Origin: Marsupella aquatica
Taxonomy: Eukaryota; Plantae; Marchantiophyta
Length of the DNA stretch: 64,000 nt
Assembly: GCA_973895155.1 (NCBI GenBank)
Contig: OZ316898.1
Location: 4,092,480-4,156,479 of the forward strand
Direction: 5' to 3'
A program made the translations under genes and the position numbers. This document shows, one piece after another, positions 25,799 to 36,666 of this stretch; within the stretch, counting starts at the first letter, position 1; each line of letters opens with the position of its first letter. The notes beneath the pieces were generated by a model, which saw only the letters and a list, made by a program, of their open reading frames with translations, made no database searches and had not been told where the DNA came from.

Positions 25799-25817
25799 TG
25801 GCGCTAGATGGAGGGGG
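25799..25817 (+). promoter_or_regulatory. Primer binding site TGGCGCTAGATGGAGGGGG, probably tRNA-Asn
   Basis: Starts 4 nt after the 5' LTR. Near-complementary to the plant cytosolic tRNA-Asn 3' end as I recall it (...CCCCUCCUUCUAGCG-CCA). Confidence 0.75.
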
Positions 25818-25863
25818 CATTTCTTAAGCCGTGAGATATGAAGTTAGAACGGAAGCGTAGGTA

Positions 25864-28857
25864 ATGACTGACCTTACGCCGAGGGAAGAAAGAGTGATTC
25901 AACGGGAGAGAGCTCGACTGCAGCAGCTCGCCGGGTGGCATGATACACAGCGACTGAGAGGGGCAGAAAGAGCTGGTAGCTCCGAAACTGGAAGTGGCGT
26001 CGAAGAAGACATACCAAAAGAAGAGTCGGTAAGGAGAAGTGAGTCTCCAACCGACATGGGGGAACCAGAGGCACGGCCAGACGAGAGGCCAGGGACCAGA
26101 TTGAGCCAGCGGTCGCGCATACATTACAAGGCATTTCATGGGAGAGGAGATGAGGATCCGGACGAATGGTTGGATGATTTCGAGGGAACCGCTGCAGCAA
26201 ATGGAGAATCGGCCATCAAGATGCAGATTCTTCCCGGCCTGTTCAAGGGTGAGGCTAGGCCTTGGTACAGAGCATTAGATGTGGAAGATCAAGCCATCTA
26301 GGATATCTTCAAAACACTCTTTGTTAAGGAGTTTCGACCCATTGGAACTTCAGAACTAGCAGTGCTGAAGTTGGGACAACTTCGGTTCAAGGAGAACAAA
26401 TCCTTCAGGAAGTTCTTGCAACGCTTTCAGAAACTGGTAAGACGTACAAAGACCAATGCATCTGAAGGTATGCAACTTCAATGGTTGGTGAATGCTTTGC
26501 CACAGAAGATGAGTTTTGCAATTAGGAAGGAGAACCCGGAGACCTTAGCCGAAGCAATTAAGGATATTCAATTATACATTAATGCAGATATCACAAGCCG
26601 GAAGAAACAGCTTAAGTCTGAGAGTTCCTCATCAGAGGAGGGATCACCCCATAAGAAAAAAGATAAGAAGAAGAAACATTCCAAGAAGTCTAGAAGTGAT
26701 AAGTCAAGCTCGGATAGTGGGAGTAGCAAGAGTGAGTCATCTTCTAGTTCTGAAGAAGAAAAAACTAGGAAAAGGAAGGGCAAAAGGAGAGGGAAGATGA
26801 AAGTCAAGATGGAGGCTAAGCCACCAGATAACATCGTAGCCCTTACCGAGCAACTTAAGGCTATCATTGCAGAGGTAAAACCAAAGAAGAAGGTAGTACA
26901 GGAGGATAGCTCTGTATGGTGTGCCTTATGTTATAAAACCGGACACCATAAAGATGCTTGTCCTAAGCTTAATACTAATCATGTTCGGCATGTGGCCGAG
27001 ATCAGACCATGTCAGGGAGAAGTAGAGTACTTTTTGGGAGATGCCACTGATAGTGTTTTCGGCATCAGTGAGACTGGAGCACGAGACCTATCCAACAGAC
27101 CTGCATCTCTGTGGTCAGGGTTAAGGAACAATCCAGGAGAGATGTATCCTCGGATTATTCAGAACCCGTCAGTACCTCCTAGGCCGAATGTGCAAAGATT
27201 TGCGGCGTGCTATAATTGTGGTCAACCTGGCCATTTTGCTAGAGAATGCCCGAATGCACGCAAACAGGGTGATGGACAACCAGCTCAGCTATGTATGGGA
27301 TGCCGACAGGAAGGTCATATGCTAGGGCAATGTCCTACTTGGTTGGCAGGCCTGGCCGCAAATCATAAGCTTTTGCCGATCAAGATCTTACCGCCAGGTA
27401 CTACCCCCGGAGGAGTTCAAATCAACCACATCGAACTAGGATGGCAAGAGGATGCCGAGGCAGAGTTCGTACCATCTGATGATGAGGCCGAAGCCCTATC
27501 AACCTTCTCAGAGGAGGATTTAGATCATGATTGCTACCGGGTCTCTACTCGATCTACCAGAAGGAAGGAAAGGTGGGATGGGCTGGCCAAAAATAAAGGG
27601 AAGGTTACGGAGGAAAGGATCGACTCTTCGTCAACATCAACAGAAGGAGAAGGGAGGGCTCCGGCAATACAGGTAAGCCATGAGCCCACCAGTGAAACCA
27701 ATCCTTCACAAGATAGCGACTTCAATCGAGATCATCCTAAGTTGTTCTACCCCTCTGTTATGGCTAGTGTTAAGGAACAACTAAGAGAATTAGAAACCCT
27801 GGAGAATACCGAAGCCATTGCCAAGGATGTAAAACGAGCAAAAGCATTGTTTGCTTCGGAAGACCCAACAGCTGTGGAGACTAGCGTGGCAAAACTGGCC
27901 GAATCCAAGACGGAAACACCACCAGAAGAGAAGCCGATTGTTCCCTATGACCTGGCTAAAGATGTACTAGAATCTAGAGTCTCGGCAACAGTAGGTCAAC
28001 TATTGAAAAATAGCCCGTACTTCCGGAAGCAATTAAGGAAGGCTATTCTCGGCAAGCCGAGATTACCCAAGGTAGCAACCAGATCCGACGTACTAATGAT
28101 AGAAGAAGATCAAGGAGCCCCAGCATTACCATTAATGATTCAAGGAGAATTATTACTACGGGTACCCATCGATGGAGGATCAGGGGTATGTATTATGATC
28201 GATTCAACAGCAAAAGGGTGGGGTCTAACACCGGAGATGACTGGAAGAGTGTTGAACATGGCCAATGGATATCAGGTCATTCCGACGGGAGTGTTAACCG
28301 GCATCAAGACAGAGATAGGAGGTATCTTCTTTAGCATTAACTATGTAGTAATGAAGCCGGTAAATCCTACGTCATTCCGGCTATTGATTGGTAGGCCATG
28401 GCTATACCTAGCCGAGGTAATAGAAGATTGGGGTAAAAAGCAGTTCACTTTCGGGACCCCCTCTATCACGGTATCCTGGGACACTAAGGATGACCGTAGG
28501 AAAAGCATAAGGGAAGTAGATGGGTACGATAGTGGACTGGAGTCAGCCGATGAAGTACGTTGGTTAGAATGCTTCACTAACCTAACCAAAGAAGGTGTCT
28601 TTGGACCAGAGGTACCCCCCAGCGGATTATGGCAAGAACCAATGGAAGGTGACTTGGAAGAAGAAGACGAAGAGGTCGAGGACTGCTTTACAATAGAATC
28701 CACCTTTTTAGCTGCAATTCCGGAGGAAGTTAAGGATGTAGACCAATTGGATGAAACGGCTAAGTGGGGAGCAGTAGCAGGGACAGTGGATTTTCTGCAG
28801 GCGTTGTGGCAGAGCCGACGGGGTCCACAACGCCATCGATCATCGGCAAGGAATTAA
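25864..28857 (+). CDS. gag: Gag-protease ORF with one premature TAG at 26299 (likely from TGG)
   Basis: Capsid-like FHGRGDEDPDEWLDDFE..FKGEARPWY; three CCHC knuckles (CALCYKTGHHKDAC, CYNCGQPGHFAREC, CMGCRQEGHMLGQC); aspartic protease IDGGS..LLIGRPWL. ORFs 25864 and 26362 share a frame. Confidence 0.93.
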
Positions 28858-31800
28858 ATACCAAGGGATCGGCATACAAGCCGATTACGAGGGCAGAACA
28901 AATTGAGGCCCTATTAGAAGCCGAGAGAGCACAGCGGCCTAACTCTCAGGAGCAAGAGGTGGATGAGATGGACAGACACGATCCAGAGCCAAGGCAGGAA
29001 GGGGAGCCGACCACTAATTCAAAACCGAATAGACCGGTAAGGGGACAATCTATGGACACCAAGGAAGGGACCGACTCGGCTAGTCCAACCGAGATCCCAA
29101 TTTATGGAGGTATGAGATTAGAGAGACTGGAAGCCGAACTGGACCCGAATTTGAAGAAGCAGATTAATATGATCCAAGCACGGCAATATTGGAAGCTCGA
29201 CTTAGGAGAGGGAAGAGAACTGAACTTAGGGAGAAACCTAGCACCTGAGCTCGAGAAAGAGATCAGTGACTTATTGATTGAATTTCAGGATGTGTTTGCA
29301 TGGAGTCACCAAGATCTAAAGGGCGTAGATCCAACACTAGGGGAACATCGAATTGATCTCATGTTAGGAGCCAAATCATTTCGACAACCAATTCGAAGGA
29401 TGAACCCGAAGTATTCCCTGCTGGTCAAAACAGAAATCGACAAACTAGTGGAAGCTGGATTCATCACTCCAGTCCTGCATTCAGACTGGGTGTCTCCAAT
29501 TGTGATAGTTCCCAAGAAAGCTGGACCCGATGGTAAACCCAAGATCCGGGTTTGTCAGGATTACAGGAAGCTGAATGAAGCAACATTAAAAGACCATTTT
29601 CCTTTACCGTTTACTGATATGGTACTAGACATGGTAGCCAGTCATGAACTATATTCATTCATGGATGGATACTCTGGTTACAACCAAATCAGGATTCGAC
29701 AGGAAGACCAAATCAAGACGGCCTTCATCACGGAATGGGGGATCTATATCTTCAATCGTATGCCGTTTGGACTCTGCAACGCACCAGCTATGTTCCAACG
29801 ATTAATGGTGAACATTTTTCATGATTACTTGAGAAAGTTCATGGAAATCTTCATTGATGACTTTGCAGTATTCGGGAAGGCATCGAAACATGCTAAATAC
29901 CTCAGGAAAACCTTCATGAGATGTAGGGAGGTGGGTCTCAAGTTACACCCAGATAAATGTTTTTTTGCAGTAACCGAGGGGGTGCTACTAGGTCACAAGG
30001 TATCAAGGAAGGGCATTGAGATTGACAAAGGTAAGCTAGCAGTATGGCTAGATATCATGCAACCTAAGAACATAAAGGATGTAAGATCCTTCTTGGGATG
30101 CATTGGTTACTATCGCCGGTTCATCAAGGATTTTGCCAAGCTAGCTTTACCATTAACCAATATGCTCAAGGCAGGAGCAGACTTCGAACCCACACCCGAA
30201 CGAGTCACAGCGGTGGTAGAATTGAAGCAGACGTTAGTAGAGGCCCCAGTCATGATAGCACCGGACTGGAACAAAGATTTTCATGTTTTTGTAGATGTCT
30301 CGGGCTTCTGTATTGGCTCAGTACTAAGTCAGTTGGATGAGAAAGGAAGGGACCATCCCATATACTTCGCAAGCCGTCAGCTTGCCGATGCCGAACGGAA
30401 CTACTCTACCACGGAAAGAGAAGCATTAGGAGTCATTTATTCTTGTAAAAAGTTTAGGCATTATTTACTAGGGTACAAGGTAATCTTTCATACTGATCAT
30501 GAAAGTTTGAAGTACCTAGTCAATAAGCCGGACCTTATAGGCAGAGTAGCAAGATGGATTTTGCTATTACAGGAGTTTAACTATGAGCTGAGGATCAAGC
30601 CAGGAAAGTTACATGCCAATGCCGACTTCTTTTCAAGGATCACAGGTAAACCTGCCACGGATTGCATCGATGATCGATTCCCCGACGAGGAGCTATTCGT
30701 TGTGGAAATAGCTGGTACATGGTACCCTGAGATTCTACAATTTCTCAGCACTTCCAGATTACAGCCAGGATTAAGCCGAGAGCAAGCCGCAGTCTTTGTG
30801 CGGAAGGTCAGACAGTATCAGTGCATTAAAGGCATACTGCACAAGCATGGAATCAACGGCACGATTCAAAGGTGTTTGGAGAAGAGAGAGGTAAAACGAG
30901 TCCTACGGGCCATGCATGGAGAGGAGGCCGGAGGACATTTTGCCCCAGTAACCACGTCTAAGAAGATATTAAATGCCGGTTACTGGTGGCCCACCTTGCA
31001 CAAAGATGTCTATCAGTTTATCAAACAATGCGATCCTTGTCAACGAGCGGGAGGACCAAGGGCGTCCACCAGGCATCCACTGCACCCTATTCTACCTCTA
31101 GCACCATTCGAGAAGTGGGGTATTGATTACATTGGACCTCTGAAACCACTGACCCACCCTCGACGGAACAAGTACATAATCCTGGCTACGGATTATGCAA
31201 CTAAATGGGTAGAGGCCAGACCAACAACGAAGGATGATGCAATTACTACGGCTAGATTTATGTATGAGCAGATCTTCACCAGGTATGGAGCACCCCTAGA
31301 ATTAGTTAGTGATAGAGGAACCCATTTTTTGAATGATATAATTAGTCGTTTAAATGAGCAGTATTTAGTTAAACATAGGCCTACTACTCCCTACCATCCA
31401 AAGGCAAACGGGTTGACAGAACGAGCAAACGGAATCATAGGAAAGATATTGAACAAGACAGTAGCTCAGAACAAACTCGATTGGGATGATAAATTGTTTG
31501 CTGCTGTTTTTGCTTACAATCTGGCCTATAAATCCACTACCGGTCATACACCCTTCTTCTTAACCTTTGGACAAGAAGCCCTGGTACCCATGCAACTTGA
31601 GATACCGACATTTCAAGTTACAATTGAGGAAAGAGCCTCAGCGGAGGAGAGCCTAAAGGAGCGAGAATATAGGTTAGAAGCTTTAGAGGAAGCGAGAATG
31701 ATTTCAGCCGAGAGAGTAGAATATAGACAGAATATCATGAAGCAGCAGTATGATAAAAGGTTAAAAGTAGTTAGTATTCATACCGGTGATCTTGTGCTAC

Positions 31801-32030
31801 TTTATGACAGTAGGTATAGTAGGTTTCCAGGAAAGCTTTACACTCGCTGGTTAGGACCCTTTAGAGTAACCATGATGTTCCCCAATGGCTCCGTGCAATT
31901 GGCCAACATTACGGGAGAGGTATATCCAGTTCGCATCCATTATGACCGCCTCAAGAAATACTATATGGACGAAGATGAAGTTGTTCGCGAGGACGCTTCA
32001 CAATTAAGTGGGGAGCTATGTGATGCCTAG
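28764..32030 (+). CDS. pol: Pol (RT-RNase H-integrase), uninterrupted; stop codon lies inside the 3' LTR
   Basis: RT DYRKLN, DGYSGYNQI, MPFGLCNAP, FIDDF; RH DVSGFCIG, YSTTEREAL, TDH; INT H..H..CDPC zinc finger, WGIDYIGP, SDRG, NGLTER, GPF motif. Confidence 0.98.
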   Translation: MGSSSRDSGFSAGVVAEPTGSTTPSIIGKELNTKGSAYKPITRAEQIEALLEAERAQRPNSQEQEVDEMDRHDPEPRQEGEPTTNSKPNRPVRGQSMDTKEGTDSASPTEIPIYGGMRLERLEAELDPNLKKQINMIQARQYWKLDLGEGRELNLGRNLAPELEKEISDLLIEFQDVFAWSHQDLKGVDPTLGEHRIDLMLGAKSFRQPIRRMNPKYSLLVKTEIDKLVEAGFITPVLHSDWVSPIVIVPKKAGPDGKPKIRVCQDYRKLNEATLKDHFPLPFTDMVLDMVASHELYSFMDGYSGYNQIRIRQEDQIKTAFITEWGIYIFNRMPFGLCNAPAMFQRLMVNIFHDYLRKFMEIFIDDFAVFGKASKHAKYLRKTFMRCREVGLKLHPDKCFFAVTEGVLLGHKVSRKGIEIDKGKLAVWLDIMQPKNIKDVRSFLGCIGYYRRFIKDFAKLALPLTNMLKAGADFEPTPERVTAVVELKQTLVEAPVMIAPDWNKDFHVFVDVSGFCIGSVLSQLDEKGRDHPIYFASRQLADAERNYSTTEREALGVIYSCKKFRHYLLGYKVIFHTDHESLKYLVNKPDLIGRVARWILLLQEFNYELRIKPGKLHANADFFSRITGKPATDCIDDRFPDEELFVVEIAGTWYPEILQFLSTSRLQPGLSREQAAVFVRKVRQYQCIKGILHKHGINGTIQRCLEKREVKRVLRAMHGEEAGGHFAPVTTSKKILNAGYWWPTLHKDVYQFIKQCDPCQRAGGPRASTRHPLHPILPLAPFEKWGIDYIGPLKPLTHPRRNKYIILATDYATKWVEARPTTKDDAITTARFMYEQIFTRYGAPLELVSDRGTHFLNDIISRLNEQYLVKHRPTTPYHPKANGLTERANGIIGKILNKTVAQNKLDWDDKLFAAVFAYNLAYKSTTGHTPFFLTFGQEALVPMQLEIPTFQVTIEERASAEESLKEREYRLEALEEARMISAERVEYRQNIMKQQYDKRLKVVSIHTGDLVLLYDSRYSRFPGKLYTRWLGPFRVTMMFPNGSVQLANITGEVYPVRIHYDRLKKYYMDEDEVVREDASQLSGELCDA
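28788..28847 (+). promoter_or_regulatory. -1 programmed ribosomal frameshift signal: slippery G GAT TTT plus H-type pseudoknot
   Basis: The heptamer is in the gag-pro frame within the gag/pol overlap. After a 5-nt spacer comes a perfect 10-bp stem GGCGTTGTGG/CCACAACGCC (28800-28809/28825-28834). Loop GCCGA (28814-28818) is complementary to TCGGC (28843-28847). Pol is in the -1 frame. Confidence 0.82.
32006..32018 (+). promoter_or_regulatory. Polypurine tract AAGTGGGGAGCTA inside the integrase coding sequence
   Basis: Immediately precedes the TG of the 3' LTR at 32019. Confidence 0.8.
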
Positions 32031-35000
32031 ACAGGAATCACTCGGCCGGTTAAGTGGGTAAAGCAGGAAGGCACCCTAGGAACACCTTAGTATAGTGACA
32101 AAACAAGGAAAATATAAACAATTAGGGGCAACCATGGAACCCGGGCAGAGGCCGGAGGTAAGGCTGAGGGTGAAAACCCGATTAGGGTTAGGGCGCGTTA
32201 AGCGTCGGCGGCTAGGAAGGATCAACGGGAAGAAGGACCGGCAGAGGAGAGGGGTAAGGAGCGCTTGCAGGAGATGGTGGCTCATTTGCGAGCACGAACT
32301 AGGCAGACGACTACGGGAGGCCAACTATTGTCAGCTGCTTAGGCAAGCACTCGGGGAGAGAGTAGATACCGACGATCAACCTAAGGAGGGTATGAGCAAC
32401 GTCAATCAAGCGGCACATTTCTGGGGATGCCTGTTCGAACGGGCAACTGAGTACATCAAGACTTACGAGGACGAGGAGTCAGAAAGGGCAGCTCGAGAAC
32501 GGCAGGAGCTCGCTCGATTGTGGGAGCTGCAGAAGACGGCTTTCTTAGGAGGCGAACTCATCAAGGACGAGTTCCTGTGGACGCCTACTTCCAATCAACT
32601 CGACGATCTTCTGTTTTGCAAAGACAGCGTCGTCGGCATCCGAGAGGCCATCAAGAACTGCAACGACATACACTGGGAATTAAAGGGTAGCACGGAAAGG
32701 TGGACCCAGGCAACGGTGCTAGGAGAAACCTCCACGGCAGCAGAGATGAAGAGGAAGGGAGCCGTCAACGATGAAGCCACCCCGGCAAAAAGAACGAGGT
32801 CGGCGGCACCAAAGAAGCCAGCCGAGCAGCAGAGCAGGAGGCAAGGAGAAGCCGAAGAGGAGGAGGTCGATCCCATCAAGGCCATTCCAACCAGGGATGA
32901 CACCTGGAAGGGCTGGGCGGCAACCCTACCGGTGGAGGTGCAACTACATTTTGCACGGGAGGAGGATGCATGCTTTACGGCCATGCAGACCAAGAAGTAC
33001 CAAGGCTTCATGGCCGGATCCGGCTTGGAGGCCTTTGTAAGATTACCATGGCTGAAGCCGGAGGTACCGGAGTCAGACCTATTAGAATTTGTGGGGTCAT
33101 GGGAACCCGAGACCAATTGCACGAGGATATATGGGAAGGATTTCTATCTTACTCCCAAGGTGATTGCCGAAGTGTTTGGCTTGCCGATGGGCAATAAGAC
33201 CAAAGTTGATACCAGGAAGACCTTGCCTGACAAGGAGTTCCGGTCGTTCCCCGGGCCATCAACGAAGAATGGCTTCTTCCGGAACACCTGCACCAACCCG
33301 CACATAGGAGAGATGATCGACTTCTTGCGGGTGACCATGCATTGTAACTTGCCAAGGGCAGAGATCGGCAAGGCACAGGTCTATCTGGCAGAAAGGCCAG
33401 ACCCAAGCCGGGACTACAACGGGTACCTCCTCAACCAATTGAAGAAGATCTTAAAGGAGGAGCAGCAGGTAATCGGCATGGGGAGCGTGTCGCGGCTTGG
33501 CTATCACATGCCGCTGTTGTGCCGGTATGCCAGAGGTCAGACTTTTGCCCCGGTACTTCCCCTGTAGGTAAGGGCACCCGAGGAAGCTCCAACGCCGAGG
33601 CCGTTGGCTGAGAAGCCTCAACCACCTGTTAGTCCTACGATCGAGCAAGTGTTTAGGCCCAGGAAGGAAGACTTGCCGATGCAGCAACCAGGCATGCAGA
33701 GTCTGCTGAAACTACTGGAGAAAGAAAAGAAATCGGCATCGGCAACAACAACGGCAACGGCAACAATGCAGGACACTACTACAGAGGTAGGCCTACACCG
33801 GCTCACAAGAGAAAACCCCTTTGCTGGAGACAAGGAGAGAATCAGGCCGGAATCCAAGCCAGGTGTTCGAATGTACGTGGGAACCTCAAGCTTCGAATCT
33901 GAGGCAGAATTGCCTGAAGCTCCTACCGAGGAAGAGGAGAGGGAGAAGCCGGAAATCCAAGAGGTAGAGGAGGCAGTGGAGGACTGCAGCCATGATAATT
34001 CCGGCTATGGGTCGGACCATCACGTTCCAGGAGTAAGGACCTGTGGCCGGTTTGTCCCCACACTTCCAAGGGTAGTGCGAGGGGACCCCAACCAGCAGAG
34101 TAGCCCTGAGTCTCCCCCACCAGATGTTGCTCCCCCGAGCTTCGACGGCATAAAACAGACGGTGCAGGAATTTCAGGAGCGAATCAAGCAGGAGGAAGAG
34201 GCCGCCCTGGCTAAGGAAAAGGATTTACCAGGAGGAGATTGGCCGGAGGACATCAGGCGGCTAGCCGAAAAAGGAAGCAAACCTCTAGCCACGATTGAAG
34301 AGATCCGCAGGACGGCTTGGGAGCAGAGGCCACAATGGGCGATGCCGATCACTTCTACTTACTCCACCTACGCTAAGAATAGAGCCATGGAGTATGGTGA
34401 GATGTGTGGGGAACTTGCGCTCGGCATCTTTGGAGAGGAGTTGGAGGTAGGACCCTTTTTCCATAGGGAGCAGTTGGAGAAGCACCAATTAGAAGAAGCG
34501 GTGGCTTTAGAGAGAAGCAAGAAGGACGAGGTCATTCGGCGGCTTAGGAGGATGGGAGCCAAGATTGAAGATCTAAGGGCGGCCAAGAAAGCCCAAGATG
34601 AACTGCGGATTAAACGACATGAGCTGAACATCATGCAGGGGTAGTTGGACGCCGCGCAGGCTGATAATCAGAATATCAAGGATAAACTGACTCAGACGCA
34701 GGAAGAGTTGGCCGACACGATCAAAGAAAGGGAAAAGTGGAAGCAAGAGCTGAAGAATACAGAGGAGGCCCACATAACAGCCAACAGCCGGGCCATGGCG
34801 GAGACCCAAAGAAAGGAATGGGCGTTGAAAGGGGAGCTCGAGAAAATCCGCGGAGCCCTTGAGCAGAAGGAGGTCGAGTTAGGGAAATCCTATCAAGGGA
34901 TTATGGCGCTGCAGCAGGAGCTTGCATCCCTGACGGCCAGCTTCAAGGCCGACCTAAGGGAGAAGGACGAGATGCTCGAACAGACTTACGCCAAGATGAA

Positions 35001-36666
35001 CCAGATGGAGTCTGTCATCATTGCAGAGCTCGACAAGGAGCTAAGAGCAACCCAGGAGGAGAAGGCTACCTTGAAGAAGGAATTGGAGGAAGCCCACAGG
35101 GAGCAGGAGGAGGCCAAAAACGAGCTGGAGGGGGCACGTAAGGACCTGGATGAAACCCAAGAGGAGTTGGAGGAAATCACGAGGAAGATGGAGAACCTAC
35201 AGCGGCGGGCCGACAACCAAACAGAGCGGCTGAAGAAACAAGCCGCAGTATTTAAATGCTTAGCTGCAGCAGGTCCATCTCCTGTTGGGACAAACCAGTT
35301 ACCAGGGGTGGTAATTGCCGAAGGACAAGCCGCGCCACCTGCACCAGTGCCGGAGGTAAGTGGGAAGGGGAAGGGACCAGCTGCCGAGCCACCAACGAAG
35401 AAGAAGCGGAAACCTTCAGGGTCAAGGAGTAATACGACTTCACAGGCCGTGGTGATCAAGGAGGTAGACCCAGCACCGACCCCAGACAGGGTCACGGCTA
35501 AGGATCCAACTACCCTAGGGGAAGGGGAGGCCGAAGCTGTGGGGTTGGCTGAAGCCGAAGCCGTGGGGGTGGCTGAAGCCGAAGCCGTGGGAGTTGTCGA
35601 GGCTGAAGCCGAAGGTGGACCCAGTCAGGCCGATGGAGAGTTGACTCGGTCAAGGGCAGGTAATCTGTCAGTAGGCGGGCCAACGGCAGTGGCTGAGGAG
35701 GAAGTGTTGGGGGCGTCCATTGAGGATCCACCACCGGTGTCGTGACGGTGCAAGGGCGCCGTTCCTTTTAGGGAGGGCGGACGTGGAGGGAGGAGGCGTG
35801 AGTGGGCAGGGCGGGCACGGATCTCCACGTTTAGGATTAGGATCAGAACCAGGAGCGGCCCTGACACTTAGCTTAGTGGGATTGCGGTCCCACTGGTAGG
35901 AGCAACACTTGTGCTCCTGCCTTGCTGTACATAGGTAGATTCGGGCAAGTAGATTACTGTTAAGTAGATTAGGCTTACGATGCAAAGAATGGCGGATCCA
36001 CTACCAGGATAAGTACCTGGGCAGCGGGGAGCTCAGGGCCTCTTCTTTAGCAAGTTTTTAGTTTGCACCAGCCGGGCTGGGATCAAGTAGTACGAGAAGC
36101 TCTCGGTTAGTCATACAGTGACCCTTGTGTATATTCATGTTTCCTCATGCCTAAGAGCTGAATAGAGTTGGCCTCACGGCTTAGTTCGCAGAACTTGTGT
36201 ATGAGATGTACTGTTTGTATGGCAAGTGCATGGTATGACTCAGTCAGAATGAGTCATTTTGCTATTTGTGTGTCGCATTAACTTGTGTGAAGAGTGCCCA
36301 CATCAACAGAAGGAAGGAAAGTAAGCAGGGGAGTGAGAGTTGGATGTGTCGAGCTGAGAGAGGTCTTAGCGGCTTAACCAAGCCTATTGGGGATCATTCC
36401 GGCGGCGGAATCCAAACATACCTAACAAGACGGAGGGGAAGACAGGGGAAGACAGGGGAAGGCCTATATTAGGCCGGCTACGTATCTCATGACCCGATGA
36501 AGGATCTGTCCAGTATATGTGTGTAAAATGTTAATAGTAGTAGTAGAAGGTTAGCAGCGTCCCATGCCGCTAAGCCGCGGAAACGGCCTCGCCAAGCACG
36601 AAACCTGCGGGAATCGGCTTGAGCTGGGGGGTTTCTTGGGTTTAGGGAGCCATGGGACGCACCACA
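32019..36666 (+). repeat. 3' LTR (4648 bp)
   Basis: Direct repeat of 21147-25794, followed by TSD TGACT. Confidence 0.98.
32095..35745 (+). pseudogene. LTR-encoded ~1216-aa ORF, 3' LTR copy, with two CAG>TAG stops (33565, 34642)
   Basis: Collinear with the intact copy at 45222-48872. Confidence 0.92.

Larger units (their letters stand above)
21147..36666 (+). mobile_element. Full-length Ty3/gypsy LTR retrotransposon, non-chromovirus (Athila-like pol), 15.5 kb with 4648-bp LTRs
   Basis: LTRs TGTGATG...CACCACA at 21147-25794 and 32019-36666; TSD TGACT on both sides; PBS and PPT present; order gag-PR-RT-RH-INT; no chromodomain and no extra archaeal-type RNase H. Confidence 0.98.
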
